Assembly: GCA_050014735.1 (NCBI GenBank)
Contig: JBEKCU010000003.1
Span: 1 to 61,439, forward strand
Length of the DNA stretch: 61,439 nt
Origin: Candidatus Acidiferrales bacterium
GTDB taxonomy: Bacteria > Acidobacteriota > Terriglobia > Acidiferrales > UBA7541
Reading direction: 5' to 3'
The notes beneath the pieces were generated by a model. The model worked only from the letters and a program-made list of their open reading frames with translations, did not search any database and had not been told where the DNA came from. This document shows positions 1-9,002 of this stretch, one piece after another. A program made the position numbers and the translations under genes. How positions within the stretch are numbered: position 1 is the stretch's first letter; each line of letters begins with the position of its first letter.

Positions 1-552
1 CATGTACACCTGCATCCCGGCGCGGTGGGCGGCGATTACACCGGCCTCGGCGTCTTCGAGCACGAGGCACCGGACAGGGTCGATACCAAGCCGTTCTGCC
101 GCCAGCAGAAACAAGTCCGGCGCGGGCTTGCCGTTGGCCACGTCGTCTCCGGTGGCAACGACGTCGAAACGATTGAGCAATCCTGTTGCGAAAAGTTCGG
201 AAACGGCTACTTTCCGCTGGGTCGAGGTTGCAACGGCCTTCGACACGCGTCGGGAATCGAGCAGGTCCAATAGCTGATCGAGCCCGCGCTTCTTCGGCAG
301 AGGCGATTTCTGGAATTTCGACTCAAATTCTCGATACCGCTCTCGAAAGGCGTCAATAGGGAATTCGGGCCCGAACTCATCGAACATCACATGTTCCCCA
401 TCCTGAGTCTTCCGGCCAATCATTCGCGAGTAGGCGGTTTCTGACAAGACATACCCGAGTCCGATCGCAGCCTGTTGCCACGCCGCGCGGTAAAGTGGCT
501 CAGTATCCAATATCAATCCATCCATGTCGAAAATTACAGCTCTAATTTGCAT
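1..552 (-). CDS. HAD-superfamily phosphatase / beta-phosphoglucomutase-like hydrolase (C-terminus cut by window edge)
   Basis: Not in the ORF track because there is no stop inside the window. My reverse translation from ATG (552-550) reads MQIRAVIFDMDGLILDTEPLYRAAWQQA...GDDVANGKPAPDLF...LVLEDAEAGV. These match HAD motif I (DxDGxxxDTE) and the later HAD motifs. The frame stays open to nt 1. Confidence 0.75.
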   Translation of the reverse strand, partial: MQIRAVIFDMDGLILDTEPLYRAAWQQAAIGLGYVLSETAYSRMIGRKTQDGEHVMFDEFGPEFPIDAFRERYREFESKFQKSPLPKKRGLDQLLDLLDSRRVSKAVATSTQRKVAVSELFATGLLNRFDVVATGDDVANGKPAPDLFLLAAERLGIDPVRCLVLEDAEAGVIAAHRAGMQVYM

Positions 553-771
553 ATCGTGTGGTGGAGACCTAAGTCCGCTTGTCAGGCACGGCAATTTTGC
601 CGATTAACTCAGCCGCGTCAATCACTCCAGTGCCGGAATCCATAAATTAACTTGGTTGTGCGGCAAATATTCGCAAGTCTCAATTGCGAGCTTGCCGATT
701 TCCAACCAAAATTCTCTCCTGCCCCAAACATTTTAGGCCATAATGCCGGGCGACCGTTCTGGAGGTGATTA

Positions 772-2952
772 TTGCCCGAGAAGCCACCCGATAAGTCATC
801 CGACAAACCTTGGAGTTCGACGGCGCCGCCCACTGAATTTCGTCCCTACGTCGATGAATTCAGCACGCTCAAGGAATTCAGCTGGCGCGCGGTTATCCTC
901 GGCGCGATTTTCGGGGCGCTGTTTGGCGCGGTCTCGGTGTATGTCGGTTTGCGCGCCGGTCTGACGGTGTCCGCGTCGATTCCCATCTCCGTGCTTTCGA
1001 TTTCGATCCTGCGCGCGTTCGGAAAATCCACCATCCTTGAAAACAATATCGTGCAAACCACAGGCTCGGCGGGCGAGTCGGTTGCCGCCGGCGTGATTTT
1101 CACGCTGCCTGCGCTGATTTTCATGGGCTTTTCTTTGAATACCGAATATTGGCGCGTCTTTTTTCTAGCATTGATCGGCGGATGGCTCGGCGTGCTGATG
1201 ATGATTCCGCTGCGGCGACAATTGATCGTCAAAGAGCATGGCAACCTGCTTTATCCCGAAGGCACGGCTTGCGCCGACGTGCTGGTCGCGGGGGAAAAGG
1301 GCGGTTCCTTTGCAAGCAGCGTGTTCTGGGGGCTCGGCATCGGCGGCGTTTACACTTGGCTGATGAACTCGATGCAGATGTGGCCGAGCCAGCCGGAATA
1401 TCAGCCGAAATGGCTGCCGGGAGCTTCGTTTCGCGCCGCGATCACATCCGAATATCTCGGCGTTGGCTACATCATTGGACCGAAAACGGCCGGCACGATT
1501 TTCGCGGGTGGCGTATTTTCATGGCTCGTTCTGATTCCCGCCATCCGGTTTTTCGGACAGGGCATGGCCGGTCCGCTCTATCCTTCAACGATTCCAATCG
1601 CCCAGATGTCGCCCGATCAGTTATGGTCCAGTTACATTCGGCCCATCGGCGCGGGCGCGGTGGCTGCGGCGGGGCTCATTACTCTCATTCGAACGACGCC
1701 GACGATTCTGAGCGCGCTCACGGCCGGACTGAAAGATGTGCGTGCTCAGCGGGCGGGGACCGCCAAGCGGGCCGGACGGCTGGACCGCGATTTGCCGATC
1801 AGCTTCGTGTTGATTGGGTCCGTCGTGATTGTGGCGATGATGTGGGCATTGCTGACGTTTAAACCGATTCCTGGGGCGAGCACGGGAATCGTTTCGAATC
1901 TGATCGCGGCGCTGTTCGTCATTGTTTTCGGCTTCTTGTTCGTTACGGTGTCATGCCGCATTTGCGGGCTGATCGGCACTTCGTCGAATCCGGTGAGCGG
2001 CATGACGATCGCAACGCTCATGGCCACCTGCGCGATGTTTCTGGTGGCGGGCTGGACCGGCGGTGCGTACGCGGCGCTTGCGATCACCATTGGCGGAGTC
2101 GTTGCCATTGCGGCGGCCAATGCTGGAGCGACTTCGCAGGACTTGAAGACGGGCTATTTGGTTGGCGCTACGCCCGTGAATCAACAGATCGGGTTGATCG
2201 TCGGTGTGCTCGTGGCGTCGTTCGTCATCGGACTCACGCTGATCGGAATGAACAAGGGCCTGGAAAAATATACGCCGAACGCCATTCCCATTAGCATCTC
2301 GCAGCTTCCCGAGGGCGTGCAGGTCGAGTCCCAGAATTACGAGCACGCTGGCAAGACATACGTGCTGGTAAATGCGCTGGGCTCGCAGGAAATTCCCGAC
2401 GGAAAATATCTTTACGATCCTGGAACGCAGCGGATTGAAATTCAGTGGGTGCAGGGCATTGGCAGCGAGGCAGCTCCGGCCCCGCAAGCGCGCTTAATGG
2501 CCACGGTGATCAACGGAATCCTGACGCAGCGGCTGCCGTGGAGATTGGTGCTGCTTGGAGTCTTCCTGGTGATCGCGATTGAATTGCTCGGTGTTCGCTC
2601 TCTTTCGTTCGCAGTGGGCTCGTATCTTTCGATCGCAACAACCATGGCAATTTTCGCGGGAGGTGCGGTCCGATGGCTGGTCGAGCGCAACAAGTCCGCG
2701 ATCGCCGGGTCCGAAAGCGAAGTCAGCCCAGGGGCGCTGTATTCCAGCGGATTGATCGCAGCGGGCGGCGTCGTGGGCCTGCTGGCAATTATCATCAAAC
2801 TGATGGAAATTCGAGGATGGGTGACGCCCGATAAATTCAACGTCGGCCAGAAATGGATTGGAAGTCTCGCGGTGAACGACTGGCTCGGCGTTGTGATGTT
2901 TCTGCTGCTTGCGTCGTCGCTATTTGTGTTTGCGCGCAGAAAGCTGGAATAG
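772..2952 (+). CDS. OPT-family oligopeptide transporter
   Basis: 726-aa polytopic membrane ORF with a TTG start preceded by GGAGG (761-765). Blocks GLRAGLTVSASIPISVLS, TGSAGESVAAGVIFTLPAL, NPVSGMTIATL and DLKTGYLVGATP are as I recall for the OPT superfamily. Confidence 0.85.
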   Translation: MPEKPPDKSSDKPWSSTAPPTEFRPYVDEFSTLKEFSWRAVILGAIFGALFGAVSVYVGLRAGLTVSASIPISVLSISILRAFGKSTILENNIVQTTGSAGESVAAGVIFTLPALIFMGFSLNTEYWRVFFLALIGGWLGVLMMIPLRRQLIVKEHGNLLYPEGTACADVLVAGEKGGSFASSVFWGLGIGGVYTWLMNSMQMWPSQPEYQPKWLPGASFRAAITSEYLGVGYIIGPKTAGTIFAGGVFSWLVLIPAIRFFGQGMAGPLYPSTIPIAQMSPDQLWSSYIRPIGAGAVAAAGLITLIRTTPTILSALTAGLKDVRAQRAGTAKRAGRLDRDLPISFVLIGSVVIVAMMWALLTFKPIPGASTGIVSNLIAALFVIVFGFLFVTVSCRICGLIGTSSNPVSGMTIATLMATCAMFLVAGWTGGAYAALAITIGGVVAIAAANAGATSQDLKTGYLVGATPVNQQIGLIVGVLVASFVIGLTLIGMNKGLEKYTPNAIPISISQLPEGVQVESQNYEHAGKTYVLVNALGSQEIPDGKYLYDPGTQRIEIQWVQGIGSEAAPAPQARLMATVINGILTQRLPWRLVLLGVFLVIAIELLGVRSLSFAVGSYLSIATTMAIFAGGAVRWLVERNKSAIAGSESEVSPGALYSSGLIAAGGVVGLLAIIIKLMEIRGWVTPDKFNVGQKWIGSLAVNDWLGVVMFLLLASSLFVFARRKLE

Positions 2953-2999
2953 ACGCAGCCAAAATGAAAATTGAATGGCACGAAAGGATTGTGCCGAGG

Positions 3000-3157
3000 C
3001 CGGGTGCCGCACCTTTCACGTCTTTTGTGAAGGGTGCGGGTTTAGATGCAAGTACAAAGTCATCTGTGAAGAACGGGTTGCGACCGGGCCGCATAAATTG
3101 CGGATGGCCTGGACATTAAACCCGCACTCTTGAAAATCGCAAGGATGCGGCACCCGG
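3000..3157. repeat. ~160-nt nested palindromic intergenic element
   Basis: Outer arms are CCGGGTGCCGCACCTT (3000-3015) and AAGGATGCGGCACCCGG (3141-3157). Inner arms are AAGGGTGCGGGTTTA (3030-3044) and TAAACCCGCACTCTT (3117-3131). A central hairpin CCGCA-TAAAT-TGCGG lies at 3089-3103. Confidence 0.55.
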
Positions 3158-3211
3158 GGGCATGGGAAGATTGGGTGGACCGATGAGATTTTCTTACAAC
3201 GGTAAACAGCG

Positions 3212-4768
3212 ATGAAAAAAACTGGATTCCTGGTTGCGATTCTACTCGTAGGAACCGTGCGCTCGCTTGCCGCGGCGAATTGCGAGAACCTTTCCTCTGT
3301 TTCTCTGCCGAATACCACGATTTCTGCGGCGGTTTCAATAGCAGCGGGCGCGTTCACGCCAAGTGTTGCCCCAACGCCTGCCAACGCGGCGAAATTCAAG
3401 GATCTTCCCGCATTCTGCCGAATTCTCGGAACCATTCGGACCAGCGACGTCTCAAGCGTCAAGTTTGAAGTCTGGATGCCCTCCGACAAGTGGAACGGCA
3501 ATTTCCGCGCTGACGGCTTCGCATTTTATGGCGGAACGATGGACCCGGTGGTCCTTGCTACCGCGATGCGCGACGGTTACGCAACCGCTACGACAGACTT
3601 GGGGGGTGACGGAACGCCGAGCGCGAACTACTTGATGGGACATGCGGAAAACCTGAAGGATTGGAACGACAGGGGCTGGCACGAAACCACGCTGACAGCC
3701 AAGGCGCTGATCGCCGCGTATTACGGTAGAGGGCCGAAACTCTCCTACCTGGACACAACAGGCGGTGGCACGAGGCAAGGGCTGAAGGAAATTGCGCTGC
3801 ACCCTGCGGATTACGACGCGCTTGCCGCGGGCGGATTGACGAACTACACGACGCACTTCGTCTTCGCGATGATTTGGGCGTGGCAGGCGACGCATGAAAC
3901 CGAAGCCAGCCTGATCTCGCGAGATAAATTGAAAGTGCTTCACCAGGCTGCGCTCGACGCCTGCGATGCGAATGATGGTGTCCGGGATGGCATGATTCAG
4001 GATCCGGAGCACTGCAAATTCGATCCGGGAGTGCTGCTTTGCAAGAATGGCGACGCGGCCGATTGTTTGACGGCGCCTCAGGTGGATGCGGCGCTCAAGA
4101 TTTACAGCCCAGTATTCAACTCGCGAACCAAGGAACAAATTTACGGCCCGCTGATGCCAGGCAGCGAGCTTACGTGGCAATCGATTGTCTCGGCTCCGGG
4201 TACAGTGCCCACGGGATATCCGGCTGATTTTTTCAAGTACCTCGTGTTTAAGGATCCGAATTGGGATTACAAAACCCGGCCGATCGATTACGACAGGGAC
4301 TTCGATTTAGCCAACGCGCCGGATATTGCGGCCGTGAACGCGATCGACACGAATTTCAAAGCCTTTTTCGATCGAGGCGGCAAAGTTCTCTTCTACGTCG
4401 GTTGGGGCGACGACAACTCGCCGCTGGATTGCATCGAGTATTACAAGAAAATTGTGGCCGGGCTGGGATCGAAAGCGAGCAGCGTCATACGCTTATTCAT
4501 GATCCCGGATGTGGGGCACTTGCTCGCCAACGGAAATATTGCCTATTCCAAAGTCTGGCCCCCACCCAACGGATACTCATTCGATCCGATGGAAGTATTG
4601 ACCCAATGGAAAGAGAAGGGTAAGGCGCCCGCGCAAATTGTCGTGTCCCATAAAACGAATGGCGCCGAGGACCGCCAGATGCTGGTGTGCCCGTACCCGC
4701 AGCTGGCTGTCTATAAAGGAAAAGGTAGCACTGGTGACGCTGCGAATTTTGTGTGCAAGAAACCGTAA
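3212..4768 (+). CDS. Secreted tannase/feruloyl-esterase-family protein (nucleophile motif degenerate)
   Basis: 518 aa with an N-terminal signal peptide (MKKTGFLVAILLVGTVRSLAA). Family-typical blocks: FCRILGTI...FEVWMP..WNG, YYGRGPKLSY, RQGLKEIALHPADYDALAAG, CDANDGVRDGMIQDPEHCKFDP, CLTAPQVDAALKIY. Confidence 0.8.
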   Translation: MKKTGFLVAILLVGTVRSLAAANCENLSSVSLPNTTISAAVSIAAGAFTPSVAPTPANAAKFKDLPAFCRILGTIRTSDVSSVKFEVWMPSDKWNGNFRADGFAFYGGTMDPVVLATAMRDGYATATTDLGGDGTPSANYLMGHAENLKDWNDRGWHETTLTAKALIAAYYGRGPKLSYLDTTGGGTRQGLKEIALHPADYDALAAGGLTNYTTHFVFAMIWAWQATHETEASLISRDKLKVLHQAALDACDANDGVRDGMIQDPEHCKFDPGVLLCKNGDAADCLTAPQVDAALKIYSPVFNSRTKEQIYGPLMPGSELTWQSIVSAPGTVPTGYPADFFKYLVFKDPNWDYKTRPIDYDRDFDLANAPDIAAVNAIDTNFKAFFDRGGKVLFYVGWGDDNSPLDCIEYYKKIVAGLGSKASSVIRLFMIPDVGHLLANGNIAYSKVWPPPNGYSFDPMEVLTQWKEKGKAPAQIVVSHKTNGAEDRQMLVCPYPQLAVYKGKGSTGDAANFVCKKP

Positions 4769-4780
4769 TCGAAATATGCC

Positions 4781-5914
4781 TCAATAATTCAGCACCGGCC
4801 CGGACTTACCCGACCACTCCGCGTAGTGCTGTTCGATTGTGCGGCCCACACAGAAGCCCCATGAAAACTGGCGCATATCTTTCCATTTTGCTGGGACAAC
4901 GTAACGCTCAGTGGCTTCTTCGACGGGCACGCCGGCCTTGTATAATTTTTGCGCTTGATCGGCCATGTCATCGAAAAGTGCGAGCATTAGAGCGACGGCT
5001 TCCTGGCCGCAGACCTGGCCGTGTCCCGGAACAAAAATTGTGTCCTTATCGAATTTTGCGAACTTGGCGACGTTCGCGCGCCACTTCGTCGGATAGCCGT
5101 TGATATTCGTCGGATACTGGCCGTAGACGAGCAAATCGCCCGCGTAGACGACGTTTCGCTCGGGAATGCGGAAAATCAGATCGGTGTCCGTGTGGCCGAT
5201 ATAGAACTCGATCACGACGGTGAGGCCGCCGAGGTCGATCTTCATGGGCATTTTTGCGGGATCGAGCGGGCGGCTCGGCACTCCCAGGACGGACTGCATA
5301 GCGAACGTAAACAAGCTGGTAACGCCTTCGATGTCGGACTGGGCATGCTGGCGTTGGACGTCCGTTTTTGCTTCTTTCACGCGCTTTTCGAATGGCGCCA
5401 GAAACCTGGGGAGGTCTTCCTTCTGAAATCTCAGGAAACAGGAAGTCATTCGTGTAGCAGCATCGGCATGAGCCCAGACGGGGATACCCGCGCCTCCATA
5501 GTAGGTATTCCCTAGCGTATGATCGAAGTGCCAGTGCGTGTTGAGCGCGGCCTGAATCGGTACTTGCGTTACGCTGCGCAGAGTCTCTAATTGGAAAGAT
5601 GCGCCGATGGGCGTCTGAAATCCTTCGATCAGTACGGCCGAGTCTTTTCCGACGACGAATCCGCCGTTCGAACGAGTCTGCATGCCCTTGGTGCGGTCGG
5701 AGATTGTGGCATAAACGCCGTCCCCGATCTTTCGAACCAGTGCAAAACCCTTGTCGACGATTGGCTGTTGTGCGATGCGCGGATCGTTCGGCAGGGATTG
5801 GCTTTGAGCCAGCGCCGCCAGCGGCGCGAATTTATTGGCGGCATATAGCGCACCCAGGGAAGTTGTATCCGCGAGAAAGCTCCGCCGGGAAAATGGCTTC
5901 GAAAAGTTTTTCAT
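4781..5914 (-). CDS. MBL-fold metallo-hydrolase with Tat-type signal
   Basis: HWHFDH (HxHxDH) motif and an N-terminal SRRSFLADTTSLGAL twin-arginine signal. I place the start at ATG 5914 (GGAG 5 nt upstream) rather than the ORF-track start at 5965. Confidence 0.8.
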   Translation of the reverse strand: MKNFSKPFSRRSFLADTTSLGALYAANKFAPLAALAQSQSLPNDPRIAQQPIVDKGFALVRKIGDGVYATISDRTKGMQTRSNGGFVVGKDSAVLIEGFQTPIGASFQLETLRSVTQVPIQAALNTHWHFDHTLGNTYYGGAGIPVWAHADAATRMTSCFLRFQKEDLPRFLAPFEKRVKEAKTDVQRQHAQSDIEGVTSLFTFAMQSVLGVPSRPLDPAKMPMKIDLGGLTVVIEFYIGHTDTDLIFRIPERNVVYAGDLLVYGQYPTNINGYPTKWRANVAKFAKFDKDTIFVPGHGQVCGQEAVALMLALFDDMADQAQKLYKAGVPVEEATERYVVPAKWKDMRQFSWGFCVGRTIEQHYAEWSGKSGPVLNY

Positions 5915-5977
5915 GGGATCTCCACTAAGCTTGGGGAGCATAGTGGATTCGCATCCACGGAGCAACGGAATTCTACG

Positions 5978-6170
5978 TTTGGTAGTGTCCTAATTTAGAG
6001 GAATGCGTTCGAAGAAATGTGAAGCTGCGACTTCGGAGTTTACCCCCGGGAACGCTAATCGCCCGATTGGCGACGGTACAGAAGCACAAAACGCCAATCG
6101 GGAGATTGGCGTTCCCAGGGTTCGCCCCAGGCGACATCCGAACTCAAATTTAAATTAGGACGCTATGCTA
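5978..6170. repeat. ~190-nt nested palindromic intergenic element (MITE/REP-like)
   Basis: Outer inverted repeat is GTCCTAATTTA (5987-5997) with TAAATTAGGAC (6151-6161). The inner long imperfect hairpin pairs CCGGGAACGCTAATCGCCCGATTGGCG (6046-6072) with CGCCAATCGGGAGATTGGCGTTCCCAGG (6092-6119). Confidence 0.5.
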
Positions 6171-6497
6171 CGCCTTATGCGGCTTTTTGATCCCGTCATA
6201 CATGATGATTGACAGCACGACGAGAACCCACACGGGAAAGACGCCCATGCCGGGAATTGCTTCGACGATCAGGCCCGGAAGCAGAGCCCATCGCCGTCCT
6301 AGAACGAGAAAGAGGGCCAGAGCCGTTGCCGCGTCGAGCGCGATTTGTAAGGGCGGGGCGATTACGGTGGCCATGGCGAGGACGTCGGAGACGGCGGCGA
6401 CTCCGAATGCAAACGCCATTTGTGCCCGGGAGTGGCGCTTGAATGGGGCGATCGGTTCTATTGAGGTGACAGTTATCGGCTTGCTGGTTGTTTCCAT
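6168..6497 (-). CDS. Small integral membrane protein, unknown function
   Basis: About 110 aa from ATG 6497 with hydrophobic helices (FAFGVAAVSDVLAMATVIAPPL, ALALFLVLG, VFPVWVLVVLSIIMY). No family recognised. Confidence 0.5.
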   Translation of the reverse strand: METTSKPITVTSIEPIAPFKRHSRAQMAFAFGVAAVSDVLAMATVIAPPLQIALDAATALALFLVLGRRWALLPGLIVEAIPGMGVFPVWVLVVLSIIMYDGIKKPHKA

Positions 6498-6643
6498 GCG
6501 CCTGTTCAACCCAATATTAACTGTGCCATGAAGCGAGTTTATCCGCAAGCGCGCGTGAAGATATGTTGCTAGAGCGATAAAAGTATGAGTATTTTAGAAA
6601 AGCATGCGCAACCGCGAGGTCAGCTCGGTCATAAATTTGGATT

Positions 6644-7552
6644 TCAAGCAGGCACGAGATTTGCGAGTTCGACCCGATTACGCCCGCCTCTCTTTGCACG
6701 ATAGAGCGCTTCGTCCGCCAATCGCAGAACGGATTTAGCGGATTTGTCGGACCCAGGCGAAACGGCAATTGCACCCAAGCTTAAAGTGACCGGGAAATTG
6801 CCCTCCGATGTTCGCACCGGGCTAATGCTGATTTCGGTTCGCAGCAATTCAGCGCGCTTCATGGTAGTTGCCGTATCGCATCCGGGGGCGATGATCAGAA
6901 ACTCCTCGCCGCCGTATCGGCCAAGGATATCGTACGGTCTAATGCCGCGTTTCAGCCTGCAGGCAATCTCTTTCAACACTTCGTCGCCAGCCGGATGTCC
7001 ATACGAATCGTTGATTTCCTTGAAGTGATCCACGTCGGCCATGATCAATCCGCATGGTTTCTTGTCGCGGTTGACCCGATCGATTTCGCGAGCCAGAGCG
7101 TTCAGTGTTTCTTTCCGGTTCCAGAGCTCGGTCAAAGCATCGTGGGTTGCTTGCTCGCGAAGCTCTTCCCGTATCGTGATCAGTCGGTCCTGCAAGTCGA
7201 GGATCCGTTTTGCCACGGCAAGCTTCGCCCTCAATTCGAAGCCGTCGAAAGGTTTGACCAAGTAATCGTCGGCTCCTTGGTCAAAGGCAGTCAGTAATTC
7301 ATCTTTCTGAGATTTATTCGTTAGAAGAATGATGTACACATAGTGTTCAATCGGCTCACTTCTGACAATCTTGCAGACCTCCGAACCCGGCAAACCGTCC
7401 ATTTCCCAATTGAGAATACCGATCTTGGGCGGGTCGTGCTGCAAGAAATACTTCAATGCGTCCTTGCCATCCTGAGCAGTCACAACTTCAAATCCAAAGC
7501 GAGCCAGCATTTTGTTAAGCAGTTGTTCGCCTGCACTTACCACTATTTTCAT
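6644..7552 (-). CDS. Receiver-domain diguanylate cyclase (REC-GGDEF)
   Basis: N-terminal CheY-like fold, a coiled linker, then a GGDEF domain with GGEEF and an RxxD I-site (RPYD) 5 residues upstream. Confidence 0.9.
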   Translation of the reverse strand: MKIVVSAGEQLLNKMLARFGFEVVTAQDGKDALKYFLQHDPPKIGILNWEMDGLPGSEVCKIVRSEPIEHYVYIILLTNKSQKDELLTAFDQGADDYLVKPFDGFELRAKLAVAKRILDLQDRLITIREELREQATHDALTELWNRKETLNALAREIDRVNRDKKPCGLIMADVDHFKEINDSYGHPAGDEVLKEIACRLKRGIRPYDILGRYGGEEFLIIAPGCDTATTMKRAELLRTEISISPVRTSEGNFPVTLSLGAIAVSPGSDKSAKSVLRLADEALYRAKRGGRNRVELANLVPA

Positions 7553-7584
7553 TTGGGGCCTCTGTGCCGTATTGCCGAATTCGA

Positions 7585-8790
7585 TTATCTTCGCGAAGTG
7601 GACGGAGTCGCAAAATGCCTAAGTCCCTCCATTTCCGCTAACACTTTCCATCTTGGGAGTTCATCGGAAACTCCCATCTCCTGGAGGAAGCGATGGTCCC
7701 ACAAGCTCCTGGTATCGATTGTGGAGCCGTCATGTTCGAGAGCCAGCAGATTGGCTGCGTAGACCGCTCCCAAAGCGTCAAAATGGCAATGAGGAACCCG
7801 GGCCGGAGTGTGATGATAGGCAATCGCTTCCGTGATGGAAGTGGGCAGCCCCCAAAGACTTAGCAAATAGGCCCCGATTTCGGCATGAGTGATTCCCCAA
7901 AGCTCTTCCTCAATTTGATAGAGAGGCCGCTCTTGATCGGCCGCGGTTGAGATCAGCCAGTTCAATCGCACCGGAACTTTCCAGGCGAGCACAAGCTTCC
8001 CGACATCGTGAAGCAGAGACGCCACGATTGCGGCATCACGCACCTCGCGCGACAAATTCATGCTTCTTGCAATATCGGCGGTCAGCCGGCTGTGAACTTG
8101 CAAGTGTTCGATCGAAAATCCAGGCACGGCTGGCGCTTTCTCGAATCGGCTGTAAACCTCGGCGGAAAGCACAAGATTCTTGATGATATTCAAACCGAGA
8201 TAGCTGGCCGCCATCTGCACGGTGGCAATTTCCTGGCTCGTCCGAAATAAGGCGGAGTTCACCAGCCGCAGCAGCTTGGCTGAAATCGCCACGTCGTTTT
8301 CAACAATTTCAGCAATTTCCTCGATTGACGTGTCAGGTTGGTCGAGTTTTTCGACTAGCTTCATATAGACGGTGGGCGCGGAAGGCAAGTCTCCCAAATC
8401 GCCCACAGTACGAGACATGAGCTCACCGTCTAGAAGATCCCTTAATTTGCAGGATCGTTCCACTGCCACCGACAGCTCCTCCAGCCTGAAGGGCCTCATC
8501 AAAAATTGATGGACGAGAGACGCAACAGGAAGGGAGGACCGAGTTTGATTGACAAGGCCGATTCGGACGACGGCAGGAAACGCCTCCCGGACCGTGAAAA
8601 AAAAGGATTTATCATTGTCTGACTGCAGATTGCCAATCACGATGTCCCAAGGGCTGGACTCCATCTCTGCGAACGCCGCCACTGGGCCCACGACGAATGC
8701 TGTATGCCATTGATTCAATTGATGATGTAGGCTTGACTTTAGAGCGTCACAGTGTCGCTGGTCGGGCTGAACGAACAGAATCTTCCTCAT
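7585..8790 (-). CDS. REC-like + HDOD domain signalling protein
   Basis: N-terminal receiver-like domain followed by HDOD-type blocks (LPSAPTVYMKLVEKLDQPDTSIEEIAEIVENDVAISAKLLRLVNSALF; LLHDVGKLVL; HAEIGAYLL). Confidence 0.85.
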   Translation of the reverse strand: MRKILFVQPDQRHCDALKSSLHHQLNQWHTAFVVGPVAAFAEMESSPWDIVIGNLQSDNDKSFFFTVREAFPAVVRIGLVNQTRSSLPVASLVHQFLMRPFRLEELSVAVERSCKLRDLLDGELMSRTVGDLGDLPSAPTVYMKLVEKLDQPDTSIEEIAEIVENDVAISAKLLRLVNSALFRTSQEIATVQMAASYLGLNIIKNLVLSAEVYSRFEKAPAVPGFSIEHLQVHSRLTADIARSMNLSREVRDAAIVASLLHDVGKLVLAWKVPVRLNWLISTAADQERPLYQIEEELWGITHAEIGAYLLSLWGLPTSITEAIAYHHTPARVPHCHFDALGAVYAANLLALEHDGSTIDTRSLWDHRFLQEMGVSDELPRWKVLAEMEGLRHFATPSTSRR

Positions 8791-9002
8791 TAGGGACCCA
8801 CCCCATAAAGTATATCGGCAGAATGAGCCAAATACTTGAGTCCCGGCGCACCGCTTTGGAAGGGGCCCGGGTCAACCCGGCACACTATGGTTCATGAGTA
8901 GCTCAGCTTTATATAAGTGTTTTAAAAACATGGACTTGCTGTAATATTGAGGGTCCCTTGCTCATCAGGCCTCACTCACGAATACACAAGCACTTTCCAC
9001 CC

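Noticed and set aside
5981-5989. Shared 9-mer GGTAGTGTC at the edge of the 5.98-kb palindromic element and at the GrpB cassette TIR (23269-23277), hinting at one element family
   Set aside because: A given 9-mer is expected about 0.5 times by chance in 2 x 61 kb, and the similarity does not extend beyond it.
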